Shown: positions 34,556-46,789, counted from the first letter of the stretch. The stretch: DNA of 64,000 bases from Asterionella formosa (GCA_002256025.1 NKIB01012868.1:1-64000), one strand, 5' to 3'. Numbers and translations are program-made. Notes: generated from the sequence alone by a model not told the origin.

Positions 34556-35075
34556 AGTACGCCTTCGATCCCGATGAAATAGTTGATTCGTGTCCAATGC
34601 TGGAGTTTGATGACGCTGCTCTGTCAAATGGAAGGACCATCGGTTCTCAGGCCTCGTCGTCGCTTCTCTTTTTATTTGCGACCCTTCCATGGACAGAGAG
34701 CCTGTAAGGTGCATCTTATTCTCTTATAGCGTCGTCCAAATGGGGCTTCAAGGTTCCTGGGTTTAACGATGACGGAAACTCAGCTTCCCTTCTTGTATAA
34801 ATAAAGGGTACAGGTCCCTACATATTCCTAAAAAAAATTAAAAACGGAATCATTTACCGGTAGTTAACCAGTACAAAGTTCCTGCGGTACTGGTGTACAC
34901 AAAATGATGGATAAGCAAAGACAAAATCAAATGATGGCTGATGGGAATGACATGATACTGTATTATACGATACAGTACCGGTATTCTTTCGCTCTTTCAA
35001 AATGCAAACAGTACTGACAGTGTACAGACTTACCAGGAATAAGTTCTACGTAGAATATGCAGTGCACATACTGGT

Positions 35076-35849
35076 TTAAGGTTGCTGCATTTCAACCCTG
35101 GCTTAGAGGAAGGGTTAAAAACATAATATTGAGTCAGAGTACTCAAACACAGACTTCTTACAACTAGCTAAAACATAAATATATATCGCTAAAAGGAGCT
35201 TTCACCAATATACAATCTTTCCATATGATTAAATACAGTCATTGAGAAAAGTAGGGGTTTAGGTCAATGCTATATATCGTCAGGATATAGGATCTGGCGA
35301 GAAACTGCAGAAAGCAACTTCGGTTTTTTTTAACTATGCTATTAAGACAGGAAATTTCGGGGGAAATCACTTTATTTGGCATAGTAAAAAAACCGAAGTT
35401 CCTTTCTGCAGTTTCTCGCCAGAAGTTATATACTGATGCTATTTGAAGGTTACCTATGTATCTAATTCGCCTTCAGACCCAGCGAACGTTGAGCTATCAT
35501 CATCCAAAATTTCGACCGAATCGGCCTTTTCTACCGTCTCCAAAATATCGGAATCAGAACCACTTAGCGCCAAAACGTTATCATCTGAATCAGAGTCTTG
35601 TGATGCAAAATTTAGTCGTCAAATTTCTAGTACCAAAAATTCCATTGTAAGTGCGCGCAGTTTTATAGATGTACTGATTGGCTATTGCGAGATACTTACT
35701 GCCATGTGATTGTGCGAGGAATTGCAAACCCACACCGGCCACATTGGATAATGATTAAATAACAATTATATCCATTCGGCAGTATGTCAAAAGGTAATTT
35801 TCCTTCTTAAGAATCGAGAAACAAAGGCTAAGATTAAAACAACCTTTAA
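35076..35849. mobile_element. Non-autonomous element with internal long fold-back, copy 1 (possibly TTAA-flanked)
   Basis: Homologous to 41124-41834 from the shared boundary ttaaggttgctgc. Internal inverted repeat 35293-35423. Right boundary caacctttaa is tentative. Confidence 0.6.
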
Positions 35850-36422
35850 GCGCATGGACCCAACAACTGAGCATGATGTCGCAGAATCAGATACTACATC
35901 GGCCACCAAAACATTGTGGAGCTAAAAGAAGCATAGAAGCAGGAATTGAAATAATTTTTTAATTTATCAAGCAAGCAAGCCATGATCTGACGAGTGATAT
36001 CAAGCAAATTTGACACGATAGTTAGGGATAGCCATCAATGGAATTACCGGTACTCCTGAAAAATCATGCCATTCATGTGACCAAGAAAAATCAGGAAGCA
36101 TCAAATACTTGGAAAAGTTATCCCACAAAAAGAAAATTAAAAATAATAAAAGCTTTTTTCCTTCTCTTTCCTGGCAGGTTTAGCGGGATGACCTCAAACA
36201 TCATAGGATTGCAGGCAAATCAAGACTAACTCAAATGACTGACTTTGGTTAATCAGACCAGCCATGTCCATCTTGGCTTTCCATGTAAAATGACTAAAAG
36301 TAGCTCATTGGAATCTAATTACAGGTTCTATTCTGGTTGTTGTTTCCAAGTAATAGGGAATAGAAGGGGATTAAGCGAATGATTGCTGGTCCACCTGCTC
36401 TGGACTGATGGTAGTAGGAATA

Positions 36423-36787
36423 TTGAAACTTACTTATAACGAACTTTCTAAGATAACGGAGTTACACGTGGAATTTCATAGCACAGCCTGCCGACAAGTC
36501 CATGTGCTTCCCTACTTTTGTTAGCTTATGTGAGTCCCCAACCATCTTTCGCAAAAAGTGATTGTCTTAACTACAGGAGCGTTAGGGGAAACTCCGACAG
36601 CCTCGGAATGTGGCACAAGTTGCTGTAGGGGGGTGACCCACTATTTCTTGCACATCAGGCAAGACCGTGTGGGACGGTAGCTAAGGAGTGTGGTTGTTGA
36701 ACCCAACAATTGCTTCTCAAAAAATTGCGGGAATCGAACCACACAACCTCAGATCAAAGACAACTTGCTTAACTACTGAGCCATTCC
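36423..36787 (-). mobile_element. tRNA-derived SINE, copy 3 (best-preserved head)
   Basis: Minus strand GGAATGGCTCAGTAGTTAAGC (A box, 36783-36771) and GGTTCGATTCC (B box, 36740-36730), then a ~300-bp body shared with copies 1 and 2. Confidence 0.8.
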
Positions 36788-38396
36788 ATATTTATCTACT
36801 ATTTCATTATATGCTGATAATCTTTTTAATTAATATCATGAACACTACTATCATCTTTTCTGTTCTTGGGAAAGTGATATAGGGTGGATGCCGTTCACTT
36901 TCAACTTGTCTTGCATTATTCTTAAATGAATCCAAGTAATCAAAAATTTTTGAATTTATTTGACACAGAACTTGATTCATATTTTCATGTGATTGCCTTG
37001 TTTATTCAAACTATTTTATCATAGAGATGGCATTTGACCATGGTTTGCGCTGTCGTCTCTGTTCCCAAGTTTGGGATTTCGGCAACGGACGACATCTGCA
37101 TACTTCTTGGTAGAGGTCATACAAATGATACATTGTTCTTAGGATCAAGGAAGTCTGATTGGAGTGTTAAAGGAAAGGCAGGAGGCGGGACTTCCCACTT
37201 TCCATATCTGCTGAAAAAGCAACAGATCCGTGTAAAAACTAATTCCCTTCTATGAACAAGGGGAAAGAGGAAAGCGCCTTGCAAACAATACAATTTTCGT
37301 TGTGACTCCAGGAGGTGCCTTGTTGCGTGAAAGCATAACAACAAGCTAAAACTGACATTTAGGCTCAATGAGTTGGAAGTAGGAAAATGAATGGAGAGAG
37401 GATAACTAGTTTGTGAATTGCCTCAACATCACCCATGTTGAAAGCGACATGCCCTCTTGGTGTATGCATGTGTACTCTCAGACAAGAGGCCTTCTCGGGC
37501 GTTTCTTGCCTTCAGGAAGCAATTCATAACACCAAAAATATGGAGTCAAAGGTGATTACTTGGATCAACTGTGCCTCATCCCTAGCAAGACTGGATAACT
37601 TATCCTTGATGCTCCACCCTAGTAGACCCAGCCTTTTTTGCTCGTCAGCAACATCCCCTGGAATCCTACTAGGAACTACATGAAATAGACATGCGGAAAA
37701 TACAGGAATCGAACCAACCAAGTAAGTCATTCCCTTCACTCTCAGAGGATATATGAGTAAGCATGAGAAGAAATTAGGAGTGCTGCCAAGCTCAACAGTA
37801 GACGATCCAGCACTTAAGCAAGCGCATGAGTGGAAAGGAATGAAAATCTACAAAGAGAAAGCAACACAACTGAGTATCGTGCACTCAGAATAGAAAGAGA
37901 AAATCAAACATGTTTATAAACAATGTGGCAAGATGAGTCTTAGCAATACACATCAGCGATGACTGTTTTACTTGAATTTAGACTAAACAAGAAACAGAGA
38001 TTCTTAGGAAGGGCTGAGTTTCAAATGGAAACGTCAAAAAAGTTTTTGTGAAAACTGGTGTAAGATCAATCCATAAGTATTTTGAGCACATACAGGGAAA
38101 TTCCCAAAAAACAATAACTAGAATTTAGAAGTCATCCAGGAACTACTATCAAAGGCAAACAATGCTGGTGAATTTTATTATGTAAGATAGTAAGGCACAT
38201 TGGACTGTGACAATGCCTTCAGATCACAGATAACTAAAAAATAATTTTGAATACCATTAGTCTCATAGGAGAGAGTGACCACCCCTCCAGTTCCAGTAAT
38301 CCCCAGGCTACCAACATCCATCTTTAAGTCTTAATGAGTACTTGTGAACACTCAAATCGCTAATGAAAACGTTTTTAAATAGAAATTGACTGGACA

Positions 38397-40308
38397 CTAG
38401 CAATTCCCTTTCGTGGTATTCATAACCAACCAGCTCTCAAGGGCAGTCGCGGTTCGGGGAAGGGTACTTGGGAATCCCCCGGAAAGAGCTCTTTTCCCCC
38501 CGACGCCTCCACTAGTTGGAGCACTTCTTGGCAAAAGAGTAGATGCCACACTTGCACTTACTTGCCGGGGGGAACAGCCTTCCCTCCTAAAATCAAAGGT
38601 TGCGTTTAGGTTCGTGTTTTGGGTGGTGGTCACGTTGAGACTACTCATCGCCGACGAAGTTAGTCCATTTTGAGGGACAGGATGGTTCAACAATTTTCCG
38701 TCGCGACCCCAGATCGATCCGCCTGCAACAGCACCACGGCCAAAGTCGCCAAAAGTTGCATTTTTTGGTTCGCGATTGCCTGATTCAGCGTGTGGTCGGC
38801 CGAATGATTTTGTACTTCGAAGCCGATTTTGAGACTGAGACAACCGTTTGCGTTTGGCGGCCTGAAAGCTTCCTACATCTTCTTTTGAAGGATCCACAGA
38901 GTGTTCCCATTGAACTGAACGATTTTTTCGTGTCATGGCCATACCTTCGGGCGTCTGTGCCACTGGTGAAGGTCCTGAGCCTTTTCCTTGTAATATACTG
39001 TTTAGTCGAAGTGCTGACGATAGTGCCTTTTGTAACTTTGGCGATTGAGCCGCAACATCTGGCGAGAGCTTCAGAGCACTGCTGAAGCCTGATAAGCTTG
39101 TGCTTGCAGGGGTTGGACGCAGGTCCTGTTTTGGAGGCAATGGTTTGTCGACGTTTACAGCGATTGCTCGTGTCACTACCTTGAAGACGACAAGCCGAGC
39201 TTGCTCGACCATTGAGTCGAGAAGTGCACATGTATCAAGATTTACCTCAATCTTCGTGAGCCTAGGAGAGGCACATACTTGAGACTTTGCAAAATGACCT
39301 AGAAATGATTTGAAAAGAAACACGTTAACGACACAATACTGCGACAAAAATCATGAGCCTCAATAGACAAAAAATCCATATGAGCTCACCAACAATAGTT
39401 CCCGGAGCACGGAGAGATATAATTTCGTTGCGTTGTTGCGACCTTACTTGCAATAAAACCTCGAAAATCAAGGGAAGGATCACGTCAGCTTCTTTTGGCT
39501 GTTGCCTTGCATGTTCAGGTAGCGCTAAGGTCTTAAAACTCGTGATTGACGTCTGAAGTTCGATTTTGGAGCTTAGCATGCTGAGCAGACGATTACGACT
39601 CGAAACATCTCCATAGGTTAGTGATTGACGAAGCAAAAGAAGCGTCCATGCTTTTACTCTTGATTCGACAAGTGACATGAATGATTTCGCGACACCTTTC
39701 GCCAACGCCGTGGGCGCATAAATCAAGGTTGATTTTGTCCATGAAGCTATAGAACCAAGGTTTTGCGCGGCAGATTTCTCTGGTTTTTCTGCGTTAGCAA
39801 CTACTGCAGAGCCAGCTGTGTCTAGGACAGATGCAACCATTTCGGGGACTTTACGGTTGTTGTGGTGTTCTCCAACTTTTGGAAGCGGAACATTCATGGT
39901 TATATCTTCATTTACTTTGTTCGTATTAAGGTCCAATGAAGGCAACGAACAAACGATATCACAATCGTTGACTGTTTCAGATATGCAATCGTCAAAATCT
40001 TGCGAAGTAGCACTCTTTTTCGCTCCATTGACGGCTGCGTTGCCATCATGAGGCAACGAATGCCCAGACGACATGCTACCAAGCAATCCAGCAAAGTTGG
40101 ACACTATCGCCTCCTGCAAGTTCATAACGTCGGCTGAAGTGGGATTCGTCGTCTCCCTACCGAGGGGCGAGGAAGGAAGGTTATTACAGGCACCGGTCAT
40201 CATTTCTATCAGTTTATGTGCATGTGTCAGACGAGTATAATCTCCTAATTCCCAGCCGCCGCCGCTGCTGCTTCCTTTTGCTTTTCTCCGATCGTGAAAG
40301 GACATCAT
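38397..40308 (-). CDS. Uncharacterised protein; exons 40308 (or 40203)-39390, 39298-38397
   Basis: Two long ORFs joined in frame by intron 39389-39299 (GTGAGC...TCTAG): APGTIV-G-HF. Confidence 0.75.
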
Positions 40309-41050
40309 ACCGGTACATCGGTAGAATTCCACAACGTACTGGTAGGTACGTAACGGTACATGCCCGCTACTGACGGTACCCTGGTACCCCCTGGTTGTTT
40401 GTATTCCTATCGCGGGGACATTATGTATTACTTTTGTATCACAAGGAAATACCGGTAAGTAATAATTAAAAAATGAAATTCTTCCGACTTTTCGCCAGTA
40501 CCGATTTTTCAAACTTGCTCGGTCATTAGTAAGTAACCTACGACCACCACTTAGGGTTCCAGTACCAGGTAGCTAATAGGTACCCCTCCTGTCTACCGGT
40601 AGTTCTACATCCCGCCAGGATTCGCAACATGGAACTTCCATTGAATGAATCCGTGCTGCTGCCAGTCAAGATATCTGTAGACTAAAAATGATGTCAGAAA
40701 CCAGGATATGGTAATGCGTAAATAAGTTTGTTCTTCGCAGAAAAGACGCCTGCGGACATATTCCAAACCAAAAACGCATACGATGTCTGAAACCAGACTA
40801 CCTACTGGCTTGTACTTTTACTGATATACCACATGGAACGTACGTTCTCCCTAAGTATTTATTGAAAAAGTTGGACCAAAGAATGACACCTGTCCCAAGG
40901 AGGAGCGAAATTCCTCCTATCATTGACATATACTTGTGGTTCCTGGTATTTATAGAGGCATATACTAAGACCAAGCTCGAACTATGGTGTGCAACGTTAA
41001 AAAATATACCGGTACCGGTATATCAATTCAGAGGACTACCGGTACCTGGT
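40308..41050. repeat. Clusters of TA-CC(W)GG-TA units
   Basis: Clusters at ~40308-40395, ~40558-40601 and ~41007-41050 (taccggtaccggta, taccggtacctgg). Confidence 0.7.
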
Positions 41051-41123
41051 GCTAGTCCCGTACATACGTAATGTAAGCTGCCTGTATTATTACATAGCAG
41101 GGTTTTCGATGCCGAAACCAACT

Positions 41124-41834
41124 TTAAGGTTGCTGCTTCAGAAACCCTTTCTCGAGCTAGGGTTGAAAAATAATATTAATTCAAAGTGGTACTAGTCAAA
41201 CAAACACTTTTCAAGAGTAAATGAATATGTATATCACTATACTTGGAGTTTCCACCATTGAACAGCCTCTCTATTTGCTTTCCGATAGATACAGTCATTG
41301 GTCAAAGTGTGGGCGTAGGAAAACTCTAGGACCAGGTACCGGTATATAACATCAGGATATAGGATCTGGCGAGAAAGTACTCCAGAAGGAACTGCTGATT
41401 TTTTAATATGCTGAAAAGACAAGAAATCATGCACCAGGCCAAACAACAGTATATTTGGCATTATAATAAAACCGATTCTCTGTTCTGCAAATTCTCTCCA
41501 GAAGTTAACTTCTGACACTATTTAAAGGTTACCTATGTATGTAATTTGCCTTCAAGCCCAACCAATGTTGAGGAGCAATCATTGCCCAAAAAAACCGACA
41601 ACATCAGCCTTTTGAATGGTCTCCAAAATATTGGAATCAGAATCACTACCAGTATGTGCTGAAACATCCTCATTGGAATTTGAGGACATTCTAGTTGTAA
41701 AATCTCCTGTATTTATGCCTACGCACCAATTAACAATCTAAATAGTTCAAACAGAGTCATTGCTTGTGTTGTTGTTATATTCTTCAAAATCACTCCTGCG
41801 AATTTCCAATTCCAATAAAACTCAGCAACCCTAA
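41124..41834. mobile_element. Fold-back-containing element, copy 2 (more decayed)
   Basis: Shares ttaaggttgctgc, caggatataggatctggcgagaaa, aaggttacctatgta and ctccaaaatat.ggaatcagaa with copy 1. Right end cagcaacc|ctaa is the inverse of the left end. Confidence 0.6.
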
Positions 41835-42074
41835 GCATTTTTTTTAAATAAAAGTAAAAATTGTCAATCAAATCTTATAGCATGTTAAAGCTATCCAATA
41901 ATTGCACTTGTGCCCAAATAAATGGACACAATTTGTACCAGTTTTATTTGTCCATATGGTACAACAGGACCTGTCTCGTCATCTACTATAAAAACCTGCT
42001 ACTGCTGTCATTTCATTCAGAAGGGTATACAATTAACCTGGATATAGAATGAATTATAAGCATACTCCTTTTAT

Positions 42075-42923
42075 TTATGAAAACCAAGATTCATCTTGAT
42101 TTTGTTGTCTGACATTGACAGCCACATAATTCTGGCCTGTTTGAATAATTCTCAATTCTTCGTCCAAATACAAAATAGAACATTTACCAAAGTACGTTTG
42201 TATAGGTCCTTTAAGATCAATAGGATATCTTTGAAACCATTCCATCACAATTCCATTGTCTTGAATGGCATTCCGAAATTCGCTATTTGGCAGCAGGGTC
42301 CCATTAGTACTATCTGCATATAGTTTGACCCCCACCAAGGATAGAGTCAATTGCAATGGTTGTTCTGGTGTGGATGTGGCTTTTGTAACCACTTGTTGCA
42401 AAATTCGACTATTGTTCGACCCCGAGAAGGGAAAAGAAGATGCCCAATCTGGACGAATCCACTCAATAACATTGGCAATAAATGGCGGAGTCGTACAATC
42501 TTGGCCAATGCGCCCTACTTTGGAAGTAAGTGATCCACCCAAACTGGTTATGTCTGGAGCATCTGTGTACACCAATGTCCATTTCCCAGAGATTGTACTA
42601 GTTTTCGTTGCTTTGGTTCCTGTTGTCGTAGTTGTATAATAAGGCGACGCTGGTTCCGTCGTTGGATTGTATTTTTTCAATTCTTTGATGATTTGATTGG
42701 CATTTCTCTGATCCAACGATGATGCCGTAAACCCACGGTTGGTACTGGTTCCAAGATTCAGAAGTTTTGTTTTGAGATGAGTCACTCGTTGTTGTTGCTG
42801 TGCTTGAGACGAGAGTCGAAGAATGTTATTACCCTGGTTGGGAACAACAGCGACAAATGCAGCATTCGTGAAGCCAATCAATAGCACTAAAGACGTAGCG
42901 ACTGAAGTAATGCTATATTGCAT
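42075..42923 (-). CDS. Plastid lipid-associated PAP/fibrillin family protein
   Basis: Signal peptide ending NAA-F; TNRGF, ISGKWTLVYT, ILYLDEELRI. Confidence 0.88.
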   Translation of the reverse strand: MQYSITSVATSLVLLIGFTNAAFVAVVPNQGNNILRLSSQAQQQQRVTHLKTKLLNLGTSTNRGFTASSLDQRNANQIIKELKKYNPTTEPASPYYTTTTTGTKATKTSTISGKWTLVYTDAPDITSLGGSLTSKVGRIGQDCTTPPFIANVIEWIRPDWASSFPFSGSNNSRILQQVVTKATSTPEQPLQLTLSLVGVKLYADSTNGTLLPNSEFRNAIQDNGIVMEWFQRYPIDLKGPIQTYFGKCSILYLDEELRIIQTGQNYVAVNVRQQNQDESWFS

Positions 42924-43219
42924 GTTTGTTGTTCGCCTCCCTTTTCGTTCTTCTTGTGCTCGAGCAACAGTTCACTTGACCGCAAAGAGAATGGCTAGTA
43001 CCAGTACACCATTTGAGTAGATGCGAGTGGGGGGTAGGTGATATTTATCACGTTCTTTGTTTTATAATAGGTAGATACATACATTCACGAACATAATACA
43101 TCAATCGCTGTACGAGCAGATATTCCGGTATGGATATCGGTACACGCGACGTTGGTTCAATGTTTGTGCTATATTTAACGGTATAAAAAGATAGATATCA
43201 TTTGTAAAATCTTCTACTA

Positions 43220-43740
43220 CTACATACCGGTATATGTAGGATTGTATTCCGGTAAAAAGCCTGGAATGTTTTCGCGAGAGAGAGTACCTGGTACTGTGTG
43301 CACTGCTGTTTCAGGAACGGTACCTGGTACCTGTAACCAGGTACCAGGTTTATCATGGTACAAGGTACCAGCAAGTTGCGGTAATTTTGCTTGAACTAAC
43401 ATTTTAATCTGGGATAAAGATAGCTAAATCTTTAGTTTCAGCAAAATTACCGGAACTTGCAGGTACCTGGTACCTGGAACCTGCTACCACGTACAGAACT
43501 GGTACCAAGTACCAGGTACTCCGTACCAGCAGGTACCCTGGGGTACCATGTTATCATGCACCATAACGGGGAGACCATGGCGGGGAGTACCGGTACGCAC
43601 ATGGTGTATCGTATGATATACTCCAGTATTGCTTACGACATGTACCGGTATTGTACTCGAGAACTACCAGGGTGGTCAGTAATGTAGCAATATATGATCA
43701 TCGCCATGGACGTTCTATCTACTACCGGTACGCATGTGAA
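43220..43740. repeat. Large TA-CC(W)GG-TA array in a divergent promoter
   Basis: Many ggtacc, taccgg, taccagg and tacctgg units surrounding the MITE at 43368. Confidence 0.9.
43368..43463. mobile_element. 96-bp MITE, Tc1/mariner-type, copy 2 (intact, TA on both sides)
   Basis: TA|ccagcaagttgcggtaattttgct ... agcaaaattaccggaacttgcagg|TA; ~24-bp TIRs. Confidence 0.9.
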
Positions 43741-43782
43741 CCGGTTTATTAAGAAGTGCATGCGAATCCACTTGGCAACAGA

Positions 43783-45631
43783 ATGATGGTCGAGGGACTT
43801 CCAAATCGGAGAAGACGAGCGGGAGGGCCTCAAGAGACGGATTTATCTGTCTTGCCTTACTTCGACGATTCTGCCGATGAACTCGACGACAAGGATCGAC
43901 GATCTCACTATGATCGTATGTTCGGCGATGCATGTGCCATGGGGCAGCTCATCCTAAATCCTTGTCTCTTCTTTCACCTATGTGTTCAAAAACTGTTCCG
44001 AAATCAAACTTTTCGAGATTTTATGCGATCACGAGCGACACGGACGCTTTTTTCTGTCGTGGCGGTGGTGCTGATGCTCTTCGTGACTGGCGAGGAATAC
44101 AATTCCTTTCGAGTACATCCATTACGACCTACAAACGATTGGGAAGTCAATCATTTACCGATACAGATATCCTACTTTGACTTCTCATCGGTGGATGACA
44201 TTGGTGGGTGGACTTATCCACGGCGAGATCAGGTATTTCCTTCCTTTGCACGCATGCACAAACTAATGTTGAAGGAAAGAATCGCCGATTTTGGAGGCCT
44301 TATCATCCATCCGAGGCGAGAATCCTCGCGCTTCGAGATACAGATTGATCCGCGAGATGATATTAAATACGAAGCGGAACGAATGCAGCAAATAGAAGAT
44401 ATGAACTCCTTTGATATGAAACCTCTTTATTGGCACGATGACGAACTCGATCATGTTGTGTGTCATCGACCAAATTGGAGAAGCTTGTACTTTCCGAATT
44501 GCAACAACTTTCACGAAACAGATTTGTCGAGAGACTTCGAAGCCGGTTTCGAGTCCAAGATTGAACAGAATTATGACTCATATAGGTTCAACAATGGTTT
44601 CTATCGTGAGGCTTGGTTGGTCAATGACGTGGAAAGATCAGAAGCTATAGTACTCAAGACTCTTCGAGGAGTCCATGACTTTACAGCGCGGGTGATGCTC
44701 ATGGTTCAACGAGATGCTATTATTATGGAGCGACTGACATCATCACCACGAATAATCAACATGTATGGCCATTGTGGAACCTCCATTACTGTCGAACCGA
44801 TCTCCTACGAACTTGAGCTTTACGTTGTTCCAAACGGGTACAAGAAGAAAGGAGAATTGGGTGACCAATACGAAGTTAAACCTCAAAACGATTTTCAACC
44901 TATTGAAAAGCTAGAAATGGCACTGGACATGGCCGAATCGCTTGCCGTTTTACATGGATACGAAGGCGGTGTCATCGTTCATGATGATGTTCAACTTTGC
45001 CAGTGGCTCAGAACCAAACGAGGGACACTAGTATTAGGTGACTTCAATCGAGCTGAGATTATGAACTGGGACCATGAGAAGGAGGCGTATTGTAGATATA
45101 GCAATGGCTTATCGTATGGGAACGTAAGTGCATACTGCTTTCCAATCTCGTCACACCGAAGGCTAAACTCACTCAACTTTTCGTTTACCATCTGACCTAT
45201 AAAACCAATTGCCGAAGTGGAGATCCCCTGAGGAATTCAAAGGCAAAGAGCTCAACGAAAAGATCGACATTTTTAGTTTAGGGAACAATCTATATGGCCT
45301 TTTGACTGGATTGTGGGTGTATTACGAAAATGAGGATGACACTGTTGTTCAGAAAGCTGTTGTCGCTGGCAGTCGGGCTTTCATCGACGAACGATACCGG
45401 ACCAGATCATATGCTGAGCGAAAATTAGTGGAAGCCATCGAAAAATGCTGGGAATACGACCCTGATAAGCGAATCAATATCTTTGCCTTGATAAAATTCT
45501 TACGAGGCGCTCTTGACTACGTCAAAGTACGAAATGAAAGCGACATGGGAAATGCTCATTATCCAAATCAAGGAGGTGACGGTGATCACCGTGATCAGCC
45601 GCGGGAGGGTTTGGAGCTATCTAAAGACTAG
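43783..45631 (+). CDS. Type II membrane atypical protein kinase (PKDCC/VLK-like); exons 43783-45123, 45218-45631
   Basis: TM near the N-terminus; FPNCNNFHE, NGFYREAW, VLK, HDDVQLCQW, LGDFN. Intron 45124-45217 gives YGN/WRSPEE; KIDIFSLG. Confidence 0.82.
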
Positions 45632-45712
45632 ATTTTAAAAGCAGAACAGGGTACGAAAATCTTCTAGACCAAGGATATAAATCTGACACAATTGAATTAG
45701 TCTGCCGTAGAT

Positions 45713-46318
45713 TTAGGAATGTTTGGCGAGCAACTTGGGGAGATCATCATTGACGAACCAGGATGGTGTTGACCTGTCCCAATGATCAACCAAATCCAGA
45801 ACATCGAGTTTTGATGCAAAAGCATTTCTCGCCACTTCTATTGACTTGATTTCTTGAGCCACTGTCACCTCGAGAGGCTCCAACCACTGATCCCCAAAAT
45901 CCCTGCCAAAGGCCTTAATTACTGGAACCCTTGTGGTGTCACCTCTGAGGCACTGACCAAGGCCTTCGTTGGAAAGCAGCAAGAGAACAGAATCGTTCTT
46001 GTCTGTCGCTAAACTTGCAGCAATCCTGAGGGCGGTTGGGCCTGGTTTATTATCGGAAAGCTTCTCTGGCGCCGTGTACCATCCAACAATATCTTCGTTC
46101 GTGGATGCAGCAGCCAACGCCAGCGCCATCTCAACCAAAGGCCTTGTTGGCGTTTCATGGCATACCGGTATCGCCTTTGTGACGGCAACCTTTTCACTGG
46201 AGAAACTCCCAATCAAGATCCCATGCACGACCGTTGTTCCATTGTTAGCAGCGTGCAGCAGCATGGCCACGAAGGCTTCGGAGGAAAGCAATGTTGGAAG
46301 CTTCTTGTCGGGTGCCAT
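45713..46318 (-). CDS. EMC8/9: ER membrane complex subunit 8/9 (UPF0172, MPN-like)
   Basis: MLLHAA, VHGILIG, AIPVCH, IVGWY, LVDHWD. Likely start MAPDKK at 46318. Confidence 0.82.
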   Translation of the reverse strand: MAPDKKLPTLLSSEAFVAMLLHAANNGTTVVHGILIGSFSSEKVAVTKAIPVCHETPTRPLVEMALALAAASTNEDIVGWYTAPEKLSDNKPGPTALRIAASLATDKNDSVLLLLSNEGLGQCLRGDTTRVPVIKAFGRDFGDQWLEPLEVTVAQEIKSIEVARNAFASKLDVLDLVDHWDRSTPSWFVNDDLPKLLAKHS

Positions 46319-46789
46319 TTTCGCTGTTTTATCTTTGTCTTTCCGGATGACTATAGGGTACCAGACTGCTACTTTAAACAATATCCTCGTTTCCTTAGTT
46401 AGGGATGGGAGTGGAAATGAGAGAAATAAGCTTTTGAGTAACACCTTGTTCGGGCGAGCAAGTGTTGCCAGCACAACGATTGTCAAGATTTTGAAAGTAG
46501 AGCAGCCCATCCATATTAGGTCAGTCGAACTAATCAATCTTGAATAATATTCAACCCAGAATCCCGTATTGAAATGCTGCGAGAATTTGAACAGCATTTG
46601 ATTCCCAAGAACTTCCGTATATACGCAAACCAAGGTAAATATTTGAATGGATAATGTTCCATGTAAGCAATATTTCATTTAAGGAAAGGTATGTATGCAG
46701 TGCAGATAGCATTGAAAATCTACTGAAAAAGGCTGTAGTGTTGCTTATTTTAAGTAATATAGTTATGGAATAAAACTTTAAAGACAAAA

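Noticed and set aside
36725..36787. Functional tRNA gene
   Set aside because: A/B boxes are present but there is no proper anticodon or acceptor stem, and it is attached to a repeated body, so it is treated as a SINE head.
37700..37716. Isolated B-box GGTTCGATTCC on the minus strand
   Set aside because: No A box or cloverleaf, and no SINE body nearby.
43220..43740. Arrays as telomeric repeats or KpnI/Dcm restriction-modification sites
   Set aside because: Units are heterogeneous, palindromic and interstitial, and no R-M genes are present. A role as protein-binding sites is not excluded.
46319..46678. N-terminal extension of the EMC8/9 ORF (likewise 15629-15808 and 40309-40512)
   Set aside because: No family similarity; read-through of UTR or repeat sequence.
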